This document shows positions 27,637 through 40,249 of a DNA stretch of 64,000 nucleotides, piece after piece (within the stretch, counting starts at the first letter, position 1; each line of letters starts with the position of its first letter). The DNA lies in the NCBI RefSeq assembly GCF_009914755.1, contig NC_060933.1, one strand, 5' to 3'. Origin of the DNA: the human T2T-CHM13v2.0 reference genome, Homo sapiens. Under the pieces are notes generated by a model. The model was not told the origin of the DNA, made no database searches, and saw only the letters and a program-made list of their open reading frames with translations. A program made the translations under genes and the position numbers.

Positions 27637-29790
27637 ATTCACTTTTCTCTGCAGCCTCACCAGGACCTGCTGTTTTTTCACTTTTTAATAATAGCAATTC
27701 TGACTAGTTTGAGATGGTATCTCATTGTGGTTTTTATTTGCATTTCTCTAATGATTAGTGATGCTGAGCTATGTATGTTGGCTGCTTGTATGTTTTCTTT
27801 TGAGAAGTGTTTATTCATGTCCTTTGTCCATTTTTAAAATGGGGTTATTTGTTTTTTGCTTGTTGATTTTTTTAAGTTCCCTATAGATTCTGGATATTAG
27901 GCCTTTGTCAGATACATAGTTTGCTAATATCTTCTCCCATTCTGTAGGTTTTTTGCCCTGTCTATAGTTTCTTTTGCTATGCAGAAGCTCTTTAGTTTAA
28001 TTGGTCTCACTTGTCTATTTTTTTGTTGTTGCTGCAATTGCTTTTGAGGACTTAGTTGAAAATTCTTTGCCAATGCCAATGCTGAGAAGAGTATTTTCTA
28101 GGTTGTCTTTCAGGATTTTTATACTTTGAGGTCTTACATTTAAATATTTAATCCATTTTGAGTTTATTTTTGCATATGCTGAAAAGTAGGGGTCTAGCTT
28201 CAATCTTCTGCACGTGGTTAACCAGATATCCCAGTACTTTTTATTGAATAAGGATTATTTTCCCCATTGCTTGTTTTTGTCAGCCTTGTCAAAGATCACC
28301 TTGTAGGTGTGTGGCTTTATTTCTGAGTTTTCTATTCTGTTCCATTGGTCTATGTGTCTGTTTATTTTGTTTTTGCTTTTGTTTTAAACCAGTACCAGGC
28401 AGATTTTGTTACTGTGGCTTTATAATATAGTTTGAAGTTGGGTAATGTGATGCCTTTGGCTTTATTCTTTTTGCTTAGGATTGCTTTGGCTATTCAGGCT
28501 CTTTTTTGGTTACACATGAATTTTAGAATAGTTTTTTAAAATTTTTATGAAGATCGACATTGGTGGTTTGATAGGAATAGCACTGAATCTGAAAATTGCT
28601 TTGGGCAGTATGGCCATTTTTACAATATTGATTCTTCTTATCCATAATAAGCATGAAGTGTTTTTCCATTTGTCAGTGTTTTGTAGTTCTCCTTGTAGAG
28701 ATCTTTCACCTCCTAGGTTAGCTGTATTCCTAGGTATTTCAATTTTTTGTGGCTATTGTATATAGGATTGTGTTCTTGATTTCACTCTCAGCCTGGTCGT
28801 TATTGGTATATGGAAATGCTACTGATTTTTGTACATTGGTTTTGTATCCTGAAACTTTACTAAAGTTGTTTATCAATTCTAGGAGCCTTTTGGTAGAGTC
28901 TTTAATATTTTCTAGGTATACAATCATATTGTCAGTGAAAAGAAATACTTTGACTGCTTCTCTTCTTATTTGGATGACTTTTATTTCTTTCTCTTGCCTG
29001 ATTGTTCTGACTAGAACTTCCAGTACTACGTTGAATAGGAGTGGTAAGAGTGGGCATCCTTGTCTTGTTTCACTTCTCCAGGGGAATGGTTAGAGTTTTT
29101 GCCCATTCAATATGATGTTGGCTGTGGGTTTATCGTAGAAGGCTCTTATTATTTTTATTTTTTCAAGATAGGGTCTCACTCTGTCACCTAGACTGGAGTG
29201 CAGTATGATGGTCCCCACTAACCACAGCCTTGGCCTCCTGGGCTCCAGCGATCCTTCCACTTCAGCCTCCCAAGTAGCTGGGACTACAGGTGTGGAACAT
29301 CACATCCAGCTAATTTTTGTATTTTTTGTATAGACAGTGTTTTGCCATGTTTCCTAGGCTGATCTTGAGCTCCTCAGCTCAAGCAATCTGCCCCCTCAAC
29401 CTCCCAAAGTTTTGGGATTACAGGCGTGAGCAACCACACCCAGACTGCTCTTATTATTTTGAGGTATATTTATTTCATGCCTAGTCTGTTGAAAGTTTCT
29501 TATCATGAAGGGATATTGTACTTTATTAAAACCTTTTTCTGCATCTATTGAGAAGACCATATGGTTTTGCTTTTGATTCTGGTTTATGTGGTGAATCATT
29601 AAATTGGTAAATAATGTAGTAAATCAATAAAATAAATGATAAATCAACATTTATTGATATGCATATGTTGAATCAGCTTTGCATCCCAGGAATAAAGCCT
29701 ACTTGATTGTGGTATATTAATTTTGATGTGCTGCTGGATTTGATTTGTTAGTATTTCGTTGAGGATTTTTGTGTCTATGTTCATGAGGGA
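27637..29790 (-). mobile_element. Inverted 5' segment of an L1 (L1PA15-17-like ORF2)
   Basis: Minus-strand ORF2 fragments [29 protein letters not shown] (28739..28927) and MKLDPYFS..KINSKWIK (28015..28203). Confidence 0.9.
29156..29445 (-). mobile_element. AluJ (Jo-like)
   Basis: Dimeric antisense Alu with ctcctgggctccagcgatcc. 14-bp TSD gctcttattatttt at 29142-29155 and 29447-29460. Confidence 0.93.
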
Positions 29791-30388
29791 TAGTCCAGCC
29801 ACTGTGGAAAGCAGTTTGTAGATTTCTCAAATAACTTAAAACAGAAACCCCATTCAACCCAGCATTCCCATTACTGGGTATGTACCCAGAAGAAAATAAT
29901 TCTACCAAAAAGACACTTGTACTTGTATGTTCATCACTGCACTCATCGTAATAGCAAAGACATAGAATCAACCCAGGTGTCCATCAATGATGGAATGGGT
30001 AAAGAAAATGTTATACATATACACCATGGAATACTGTGTAGCCATAAAAAAAAATGAAATCGTGTTCTCTACAGCAACATGGATGGAGCTGGAGGTCATA
30101 ATCCCAGGCAAATTAATACAGGAACAGAAAACCAAATATTTCATGTTTTCATTTATAAGTGGGAGCTAAACATTGAGTACACATGGACATAAATATGGGA
30201 ACAAGAGACACTGTGGACTACTAGAGGGTGAAGCGGGGGCTGGGTTACAAAACTACCTATCAGGTACTGTGCTCAATACCTGGGAGATGGGATCTGTACT
30301 CCACACCTCAGCATCATGCAATAATCCCCATGTAACAAATCTGTACATACACCCTCTGTATCTAAAATAAAAGTTGAAACAGAAAGAT
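29791..30388 (+). mobile_element. 3' (sense) segment of the same L1 (L1PA16/17-like 3'UTR)
   Basis: tagtccagccactgtggaaagcagtttg ... ctgtatctaaaataaaagttgaaa; ORF 29987..30169 is the ORF2 C-terminus. Confidence 0.9.
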
Positions 30389-31228
30389 AGAAATGTTGGA
30401 AATTTCCAGGAAATACTAGTTTATTGCCATCACTAAACTGAATAAGTTTATTATCCTAAAACTGGGGTATTCTTTTCCCCTCTAATGGTCCACCTAAGAG
30501 AGATACTGATTCCTATGACTCATAGTTATTTATACCCTTAATTAGCATTTTTTGCATGAGAACCAATTTATGTAAAATAAAACTATTTAAAGTGACATTT
30601 AACAAAATAGTTTTAAAATATATCTTTTAAAAAATGATAAATGATCATTTAAAAATATCTAAACACTACAATAGAATTAAAAAAAACACCAATACCAAGA
30701 GAGCGTATCATTTAACAGGAAACAAAAACATATTCAATTCTCTTTTACTTTACTAATTCCCAAAGGGAAAAACTAAATGTATACAACTCTAATAACTTTA
30801 TTGTACAAAATACTTCTAATGGAAAAAAAAATTGTGTGTGTGTGTCTGTGTGTTTCATATTAGAAAATTAGCAAGAAGGAGGCAGCTTTCTAAATTCTTA
30901 TACTGAAATTTAATTGAAGACCATATTGTGAGCTCCATTTGACTCATGGATCACAACTTGGTAACAGCTGATATAAACCTATAGCCTACACATCATATTA
31001 TTTGTTCTTATTTCCAATTCTGCTTGTATGTTTAATTAAATAAGTTCCACTGCCAGTTAGGACTAGCAGCCTCAAGGTTTACCCTTTGATTTCAGTCAAC
31101 TTAGTGATAGGTTTTTCCGTGGGAACAGTGCCCCTAGGATGCCTAGACACAGCCCACAGTCCCAATGAAGTCTGCAATTTTGTGCTACTGTGTACCTTGG
31201 AAACATATCTTTTAACCATCCTCTAGAC

Positions 31229-31444
31229 CCTGGTTTTGCAACTTCAGAACTATTGACATTTCAGATCAGATCGTTTTGGGTCTGTGTTGAGGGGAGGGGT
31301 GTTTTGACAATCATTAAGCCATATTCCTGGCTTCTACCCACTAATTGCTAGTACCACAAGCCTCTGTTAGTGACAACCAAGAATGCCTCCAGTCACTGTT
31401 AAAAGTCTCTAAGGGGCAAAATTAACCCAAATTAAGAACCACTG
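31229..31444 (-). mobile_element. MER20 (hAT-Charlie MITE)
   Basis: actattgacatt ... cctggcttctacccacta ... gtgacaaccaagaatgcctccag ... ggggcaaaatt ... agaaccactg. Confidence 0.8.
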
Positions 31445-34103
31445 TTCTCACCCTTAACTTTGTTGATTGATGATCCGAAGTTCTTACCTTTTTAAGCAAT
31501 ATATCAAATATTGTATATCTTTAAAATGTATGAAATTCCATTCTAACACATGGGGTTTAATTGTTTATTTGTTAATCCTTTGGATGGGTGCTTTGAGGAA
31601 TGTACATGGTTGGGCTCATTGAAAATATAAAATTTCATTCTTAATAGTCATAACATTAAAGTTTAATGTGAAGAACATTTACCATGGTCCCTTTTGAAGG
31701 ACTCTGAAGCATAAGGCATACTGAAAACACAACACTTAGCCAATCAAAAATCCTACCTCTTGAAGAACCAGACTCCTTAAGAAAATAATGTTCTATCTTC
31801 ACCCTAAGGAAATATAACTCGAAATTTTGTCCTAAGAATGTGGGCAGCAAACGGTAACTTATAATTATTGAAAGATCAAGCCCTAGCTTTTTCTCTATTG
31901 GAGTTTCTGTTTAAAGGAGAATGTGTAAGGCCTTTAAAATATTTAAGAGGTTTCTAAAAGAAGGAAGTGGAGAGAAACAAATCATGACTATACAACCCTC
32001 AGGCTGATTAAGTCAGAGCTGAGGAAGCATTTTATTTCCTCTCTGAAGTCCTAATCTTTTTCTCCTAATTGTATTTTCTTAGGCTGATATGCTTTAAATC
32101 TCAGATCACCTAAGTCCTGATTTACTAATTGTCTATTCCATTTTTTCAATCACCCTTTCTTCTCTAGTGTATCACTTCTGACAATCTCTCCTTTTCCTAC
32201 TCATTTAACCTCAGAAGTGTGATGTAGATCCAGGATTCTATTAGAGAATGAGGCAAAATATTACTAAACTAACCAACCAAATATATGTACTATGTATTTT
32301 TTACTGCTCTAAATATAGTTATTAGCAGAATATCTCATTTTTAAATCAGGAGTTATGCTATATATTTAAAACAAAAATATGAACAAATATGAGACTTATC
32401 GCTTACTGAATTCATGATTTTGAGCAATTCCTTTATTTCTCTGAACTTCAGTTGCTTTTTTGGTCAGTGGGATAATTAGGATAAATGAGAAAAAGTAAGA
32501 ACTTTTCAAGGTTATGCATACTCATTTTGCATATAATAAATGCAAAAACATCAGTCCTTAGTAGGTATTCAAGAAGAAAGTCTCCCATTCCCAGTATCTT
32601 TTACAATGAAAATAATTTATGATTTCATAAACCTCTGCTCTGGCTTTTGACTGAAAATTACTTACTTCTAATTTCAGGGAAAGTATATTGAAGCCAGTAC
32701 CAGCACTTGGATTACCAAAGCAAAAACTGACTGCTAAAACTGTCAAGTGACAGTAAGTGATTCAACCTTCTTTTTACTGGATTGTTTTCTGGTTAAGTTA
32801 ACACACATTTCAAAACTTAGCCAGAATCGCTGCCTTTTGGCTTTGACATAGAACTTAAAGTGATGCTATTTCAAGGGAAACTGCAATGCAAAGGATGTTA
32901 TGTTGCCTTTACTTTAAGGTTCATTCACTCTGACTTTTACATGACTTGTTAGACATTAGCCTCCCTGTTTTGAAAAGGCCAGGTACATCAGGGTTAGTGC
33001 AGAGGGTGAACACTATTAGTTTGCACTTTATCACTGTCATCCAGCTGCTGAATGGCTGCATTTTACATTATACAGGTAATGAAAGATGTCAGAGCTATTT
33101 CAGGGAAACGGTTCCTTCACAAGTCAAAACTCAACAGAGGACTCATGGTTTCTGATTTTCAGTAAGAAAAAGTTTTTCTGTCTAAGTCCCTCAAATAGCC
33201 TGCATTCAATTTTCAATGAGAATATAGTAATAATTGTCTGAGCGCATATTGTTAAACAATTAATGAACTCTATGACAGAATTGGTTCAGAATTTATTATT
33301 TTAAAATGTAAGTAAATATAAGATAAACTAAAACTTTGCTTCAAATATTTGCTTTAAGCTGGATTTTAATCAAAACTAAATATCATAATGAGATGCACAT
33401 TGTGCTGTTATTCATTCTTTTTGTTAACTCAAATGACTTTGAAAACTTAAATAACAGCATGTTCGCTCAACACTGTGCTGATCTCACTTGCTCCCATCTA
33501 AGCACAGCCCAACAAGCCGCCATACCCAAACTCTGACAGTTTATTGGGGCATTAAGCAAGGATTTTATTTTACTTTATTACATCTTATCACACTTTTCAT
33601 TTTTTATTCCACTATGGTAGGCTCATCTTCCTCTCACACTGCCAGAGGCTACCGATCTGTAATACAGCTCAGCTTCAAACCCACTCAAAAGAAGAAAGAT
33701 CAAATGAGTGAAAATGGAAGCAGACCATAACCATTGCTTCCATTCAAACTCATAAAATTTCTGCACCCGTGGGGGATTTCTTAAGATCCTAAACACAGTC
33801 TTCAGGGAAGAACATGAATTATATGTAAGGAGATTTGGTTTCCAATTCTGACCCTGATGTTTACTAGCTGAAAACACTAATATTTCTGGTATCAATATTT
33901 CCATATTTACACATTAATAATTGGACTAGATAATATTAGGTCACTTATAGCTTAAAATATTATTCATCAAACAATAAGAGACTGCTTACTTTTTAAGTAA
34001 ATAATTGTGTACATGCTCTTTGTTCTCAGTGAAATACAAGCAGATTTTTAAGCTCTTGGAATGTTTTGGCAGTAATATCACTTTATAAGTAAATATTTGC
34101 TTT

Positions 34104-35223
34104 TGTGATGGTTAATTTTATGTGTCAACTTGACTGGAGCATGATTGTTCCCAAATATCTGGCTAAACATTATTTCTGGATGTGTCTGAGAGTGTCTCTG
34201 GATGAAATTAGCATTTGATGGGGTAGACTGAGTAAGGCAGATTGCTATCCCCAATGCTGGTGGGCATTGTACAATCCTTTGAGGGGCTGAATAGAATACA
34301 AGGGTGGAGGACCGGAGAGTTCACTCTCTTTGCCTGACTTATTGAACTGGGACATTGGTCTCTCTTGTCCTTGGACTGGGACTGACACCATCAGCATTCC
34401 TGGTTCTCAGGCCTTTGGACTTGGACTTGAAATACACCAACTTTCCTGGGTCTCCAGCTTATGGACAGCAGATTATGGGGCTCCTCAGCCACCGTAATTA
34501 TGTGAGGCAATTCCTTATAATAAATCTCTTACTAGATATACAGTTGACCATTGAACAATGTGGGAGTTAGGTGTGCTGACTGCTCCCCATGCAGTCAATA
34601 ATTCATGCACAAATTTTTACTCCCTAAAAGCATAATTACTAATATCCTACTATTTACTGGAAGCCTTACTCATAACAAAACAGTTGATTAGCACATATTT
34701 TTATGTTATATGTATTATATACAGTATTCTTACAAAAAAGTGAGCTAGAGAAAAAAGTTATGAAGAAAATTATAAGGAAGAGAAAATATATTTGTTGTTC
34801 ATTAAATGGAAGTGGATCTTCATAGATGTCTTCATCCTCATTGTCTTTAAATTCACTAGGCTGAGGAGGAGAAAGAAGAGGAGGGGTTGGCTCTGCTGTC
34901 TCAGGGGTGGCAGAGGTGGCAGAGGTGGGGGGTGGGGCATGAAAGAGAAGGCAAGAGAGGTGGGTATACTTGGTGTAACTTTTATTGAAAAAAATTCACA
35001 TATAAGAAAACCCAGGTAGTGCAACCCCATGTTGTACAAGGAACAATTGCATCTATGTATATATGTGTATGTGTATAAATATAGATACCGATATTAAGAA
35101 AGAGATATATCAATAGGATATATATGTGTGTATATAGACATACATAGTATATATCTAGAAAGAGATATATCCAATCGGATACATACTGTTAGTTCTGTGT
35201 CTCTGGAGAACCCTGACTATATA
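34104..35223 (+). mobile_element. MLT2 (MLT2D-like) ERVL solo LTR, split by a Tigger2 insertion
   Basis: Starts tgtgatggttaatttttatgtgtcaacttgactgg; ends gttctgtgtctctggagaaccctgacta. Confidence 0.9.
34541..35049 (-). mobile_element. Tigger2a/MER28-like non-autonomous element
   Basis: TIRs cagttgaccattgaacaa ... tgttgtacaaggaacaattg; preceded by TA; typical internal gtcttcatcctcattgtc..ggctgaggaggag. Confidence 0.88.
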
Positions 35224-35589
35224 TTTTTTTCCAAAAAGTGGACTTTTCAAAACTAATGGCAAATTCTTAATTCCTTATATTGGATTATACATTTTTCATG
35301 TCATTCAAAACAATTTTGCCTATATTACCTTGTTTTTTATTTATTTTTTCCATTTTTTTAAGAAATTTGGGACTCACATGATATAACTGTTAAAAATCAA
35401 CATCTTATTATGACATATAGTATATGTGCATAAATATTACTTTGCAGTTTAATAATAGATGTAATGAGAACCCTTTTATTGTTACTATCACACAGATGAA
35501 GTACTAGACCATTCCCGGAGGTCTTCCTCTGTCCCTTTTCTGTGCCAATTATCAGTTAATTTCCTCACACTTTCAATCAAACCCACCCT

Positions 35590-36070
35590 GTTTTATCTGC
35601 TCTGCCACAAGGAAGTTTTAAGCATTTTTTTCTTTGCTGCAAGCACAATATCAAGCGATGTCAATAGAGGGCACTGGAAGAACTTCGTGGGAGGAAGGGA
35701 CTTCTGATTCCAAAGGCCAAGAAGCCTTTGGCTTCTTGCTCCTACTGTGTGGTTTGTAAATATGTGCCACCCTGATGATGAGAGGATTCTGAACATGGTG
35801 GTTCCTGGACTCCCTCTTTGCATTTATGAGCCAATGTTGGCCTTGGCCTTCCTGTACTCCAGAGGGGTTGTCCAGTGATTGTGGGCTAACTTTGGCTTGG
35901 AAAACTTAGTAAGGTTACTATCTTGTGGGATGCAACTACACCTTCTCCAACGATGAACCCAGTCTTGAGAAGGGGTACTCCTTTCCAAGTCCGTCCTTCC
36001 ATAACTACTCTCCCTCAACCCAACAGTATTCTTCAGAATTCTGCCTACATATCTATAATTACTCCTCTGG
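35590..36070. mobile_element. Old ERVL LTR (LTR33/LTR41-like)
   Basis: gtcaatagagggcactggaag resembles the LTR33/41 core; remainder very diverged. Confidence 0.35.
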
Positions 36071-36149
36071 TATAGCTCTTTAGATCCCGACTGACAAACC
36101 TTGAAAATCAAAATGCCTTTCCCAATTACCCTCAAGGCAGCCACTATTC

Positions 36150-37355
36150 TGACTCATTTATAAAGATTGTCTTGATTTCCTTTATAGTTTTGTCACCTAC
36201 GAATATATTTTTAAACAACATAGTTTCATTTTGCCTTTTTTAGAACATTATGTAAACTCAGTCTGTAATCGTTTTTATTTATTTTTTGTTCAAAATGATG
36301 TATTCTAGAAACCCTAATGTTGCTGTATATATGGTCTGCTTTATTCACATACCCCCAATGTATTTTCCATGGATTGTTGCCAGTGTTTGACAAGTATGAG
36401 CAATTGCATATATATATATATATATATAATTATATGATACATATTATTATATTTTATATATTATATATGTATTGTATATAATATATTACATATATATAAT
36501 TTTTTAGAGTCAGGCTCTCACTCTGTAACTCAAGCTGGAGTGCAGTGGTGCAATCATGCTCAATGAAGCCTCAAACTCCTGGGCTCAAGCAATCCTCCTG
36601 CCTTAGCCTCCTGAGTAGCTAGAACTACAAGCATGCACCACCACTGAAAAATTGCCTTTTAAACACTCTTTTACTTATTGCAAATCACTGTTTTTATCTC
36701 TATGAACTATGTGCAGGGGTGAAATTTCTGAATCAAAAGGAATACATTGTCAACATTTCTAGATTATGGAATATGGATTACCAAAGAGGTGATACCAATG
36801 TATTAATACAATCCCTCCAGCCATACAGAATTCTTGTAGCTCTATATCCTTGTTAATACATTTTAATATTAAGAAAAATGCTATTATTTAGTAATAAGTA
36901 CTGAAGTTTAGCACCTTTATACATATTTATTGGTATTTTGACTTCCTCTATGGCAAAATAGAGCCTGTATTAAGCCTTAAAAGCCTGTTTTAAGTCTTTT
37001 AAACATTTTTTTATTGGGATGTCTGATTTTTCAAAGTTTTCTTCATACAAAATCTGGATAAAAGTTCTTCATCAGCTGTACGTGTTGCAAATTGCTTCTT
37101 CTGTTCTATGGCTTTTTACTTTTCTTTTTAAATGGTGTCTTTTGAAGAAGAAAAAATTATGGCTATAATTTTAACAGCGTTGAATTTATTAATCTTTTTC
37201 TTCATGGTTACTGCTTTTTTTTGTTTTGTTTAAGAAATCCTTTCCTATAAAGGACATTAATATATTCTTCCATATAATCTTCAAAAAGCTTTATGGTTTT
37301 GCCTTTCACATTTTGGTTTTTAATCTACCTGAAATTGATTTTTTATATGGCATGA
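36150..37355 (-). mobile_element. Old L1M (L1ME-like) fragment
   Basis: Antisense L1 motifs: gtgttgcaaattgcttcttc..ctatggc; ggtgtcttttgaagaag; ttaagaaatcctttccta; gttttgcctttcacattt. Confidence 0.7.
36500..36646 (-). mobile_element. Alu monomer / partial AluJ (FRAM/FLAM-like) with TA-rich tail at 36408-36499
   Basis: ctcactctgtaactcaagctggagtgcagtggtgcaatc..ctcctgggctcaagcaatcctcctgcc. Confidence 0.85.
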
Positions 37356-37832
37356 ATGCTTTTGCTATTACGCCATAATTTGTAAAAATCCAATGTACAC
37401 AAGGTCACCATTAACATCTAAAGTTGTGGTGAAGTAACCTAGTGTAGAATAATGCTGAATTAAAGGAAAAAAAATTTCTTTTTTAAGAAACCCTTAATTA
37501 AGTTGTTACTGACTGCCAGACAGAATAGTAAGTGTTTTACTTACATAAACTCAAAGAAGCTCATTTTACAAATAAACCAATTTAGGGTTGGGAGTTTCAG
37601 GTATTTGGCTAAGGTCACGTCATAGTATAAATTTGAACAAGGATTAAAATTTTACAAATTAATTCAGAAAACTTCTACTACTTCTATCTTTCTAGGGATA
37701 GAAGTTTTGTGTTTGTGTGTTCCCTCCTTATTTTTTTCTCCTTTCATGACTTTAATATGACATTTGTATTCCTGGAATTATCAACTATCTTTGATTACTA
37801 CTCCAAGTTTTACCTATATTCAAAGTCACCCA

Positions 37833-37950
37833 GGCTGGGTGCAGTGGCTCACACCTGTAATCCCAGAACTTTAGGAAGCCAAGACAGGATTATCACTTGA
37901 GTCTAGGAGTTTGAGACCAACTTGGGCAACATAGTGAGACCTCATCTCTA
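37833..37950 (+). mobile_element. FLAM_C/AluJ left monomer followed by (TG)/(TA) microsatellite (37958-38048)
   Basis: ggctgggtgcagtggctcacacctgtaatccc..gagtttgagaccaacttgggcaacatagtgagacc. Confidence 0.88.
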
Positions 37951-38006
37951 ATGTCAGGGTGTGTGTGTATATAATATGTACATATGTGTGTGTGTAGATA
38001 TATATA

Positions 38007-38050
<44 letters not shown>

Positions 38051-38179
38051 TTTATCAGATTCCTGTTTTGGGTTACCAGTCGAAATTTCATTTGAACGAA
38101 GGTTTTTTTCCTTTAAAAATGTCTGAAAATAAATAGTCAGTCAGAGTGAATAATAATTATAGGGTTGAATAGGATGCCT

Positions 38180-38545
38180 TCAATTGTCCAAAAATAAGAT
38201 TATTTTTAAAATCCACTGGAGAAATTAGATGTAAAGGTTTGTAATTCTAGAATTAATAAGTGAATTTAGTAAAGTCAATACAAAGTCAATTTTATTTGCA
38301 TACTACTAACAACATTTGGAAGATGAACTTTAAAAATCATTTGTAAGAGCATCATAAAACTAAAAATACTCAGGAATATATATTTTTAAATAACAAAAGG
38401 ATCTCTTCACTGAAAACTACAAGTCACTGCTGAGGAAGTTCACAGAAAGCATAAATACATTTAGAATACATTTCATGGGTTGAAAAACTAACTCTTGTTA
38501 AGACGTGTGTTCTCAACAAGTTTATTTCAACACCATCACAATAAA
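38180..38545 (+). mobile_element. Old L1M ORF2 fragment
   Basis: tagaattaataagtgaatttagtaaag; atctcttcactgaaaactacaagtcactgctgag. Confidence 0.6.
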
Positions 38546-38626
38546 AATCCTTAGCCTAAGTTTTCTTCTGTGCTTGATCTTGATAATTCTTTACTACTTT
38601 TTATTTCTCCAATGCCTTCAAGCTTT

Positions 38627-38631
38627 ATGTA

Positions 38632-38674
<43 letters not shown>

Positions 38675-38711
38675 GTATATGTGTATATGTATGTGTCTGT
38701 ATGTGTATGTG
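38627..38711. repeat. (ATGTGT)n hexamer microsatellite
   Basis: Read directly; source of the MCMC/VYVY/HTHT ORFs. Confidence 0.95.
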
Positions 38712-38742
38712 CATATCCTTTAACTGGGCCAAAACACCCAAG

Positions 38743-38954
38743 CTGTGGCTTTCCACCTTGGTACTATTAACTTTGAGAGCTTGATAATTATTTGTTGTGG
38801 TAGGCTGTTCTGTACATTGAATATATAGCAGCATCCTTGTTCTCTACCCAGTAGTTTCAGTAGCACCCTCCCCTTCCCAGTTGTGACCAAAATGTGTATA
38901 GTAATTGCCAAATATCCCTTAGGAGGCAAAATTGTTCCCATTTCAGAGCCACTG
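38743..38954 (-). mobile_element. MER20
   Basis: gataattatttgttgtggtaggctgttctgtacattg..gcagcatcc..ccagttgtgacc..attgccaaat..ggcaaaatt..gccactg. Confidence 0.85.
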
Positions 38955-39015
38955 ACCTAATACAACATTTCCTGAAGCAGAAATCTCACCTTTCAAATAG
39001 TTATTTTCTTCCTTC

Positions 39016-39411
39016 TGATAAAATAAAAACTTTAGGCAAATTAAATTTAAAGGAATTTAATTTAGCAATGACTGATTTGTGAATCGGGCAGCCTCCTGAG
39101 CCAGAGTATGGTCTGAAACTCCAGCACAGCTATGTGATGGAAGATTTATTGACAGAAAAAAGAAAGTGATGCACAGAAAACGGAAGTGAGGTACAGAAAC
39201 AGCTGGATGGGTTACAGCTTGGTGTTTGCCTTATTTGAATATGGTTCAAACAGTTGGCTACATTTGATTGGCCAAAACTCGGTTAGTTGCACAACTGTAG
39301 GGTACAGTCTGTTTACATCTCCACTTGTTATAATTCACAATGTACAGAGAAACCTTTAGGCCAAACTTAAAACATGTAAGGAGGCATCATTAGGCTAAAC
39401 TTGATTTAACA
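39016..39411 (-). mobile_element. MER57-family (ERV1) solo LTR
   Basis: Reverse complement begins tgttaaatcaagtttagcctaa..gcctccttacatgttttaagtttggcctaaaggtttctc; tg...ca termini; possible 4-bp TSD cttc/ctcc. Confidence 0.85.
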
Positions 39412-39633
39412 CTCCCCTTTCATTTATTGCTTTAAAACATTATCTTTCATCCTGATTCTTGAACCATTTGCAAGAATTACACTATTTTAAATCATTCATT
39501 TATTCCCCATTGATTATAGAATAAATTCCAAATATCTTTACATGGCATTTAAAGCTCAAACTACTTCACCAGTCTCTTGTCTCACCATATCTTGATTCAG
39601 AGTGAGTATTCTTACAACATCATTTCTTCTTCT

Positions 39634-39862
39634 GTGTGGATGGTTTTGATAATATTTTAAAAGGATCCTCAGAAGATTCTACATGATAAAGCACCCCTCA
39701 CCTTGGTAATGAACCTGATAATATGTATTTATAGTGGCTTTTTTTCTCTCCCTGTTTTGTTATCCTTATCCCTTACTCTTAATGCTTAGGATCAATCCCC
39801 AAAGTACCTGCACACAAGTTTTAGTCTCAGGCTCTTATTTTGGTGGATCTCAAACTAAGACA
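39634..39862 (+). mobile_element. LTR16A/B/E-like LTR 3' part
   Basis: tacctgcacacaagttttagtctcaggctc..ggtggatctcaaactaagaca resembles the LTR16-family 3' end. Confidence 0.55.
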
Positions 39863-40249
39863 TACCGGCAAAATTTTGCTTATCCTTTAAGACTCTTAGA
39901 TATAATTACAAAAAATATTTCCTTTCCTCCTTCTTTCTCTCTCTCCCATTTGACTGGTGCTCCTCCCCAATGCCACCCATCAACACCAAACCCTGTGCTA
40001 ATTATTTGCAAGCCTTTTTGAGAACTGAGTCTGTGTCAGAATCATCTTTGTATCTATAATACCTAGGTATTACAGTGAATAATGTGATACCTAGATGGTC
40101 ATAATAATATATTCCATATCAATTTTAAATAAAATAATTTATTATGTAGTTAATTAATATGGTTACTGCTTTTCTTCATTTGTCTTCTGCTAACATTTTG
40201 GGAAGAAAAATCTATTCTCTACTAACTCTTTTCCCATATCTCATGCTCA

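Noticed and set aside
34770-35039. Arg/Gly-rich and Pro-rich ORFs
   Set aside because: They lie in the purine-rich internal region of the Tigger2-derived element.
38505-38834. ORFs with MCMC, VYVY and HTHT repeats (also 3354..3668, 10992..11268, 61829..62014)
   Set aside because: Translation of microsatellites.
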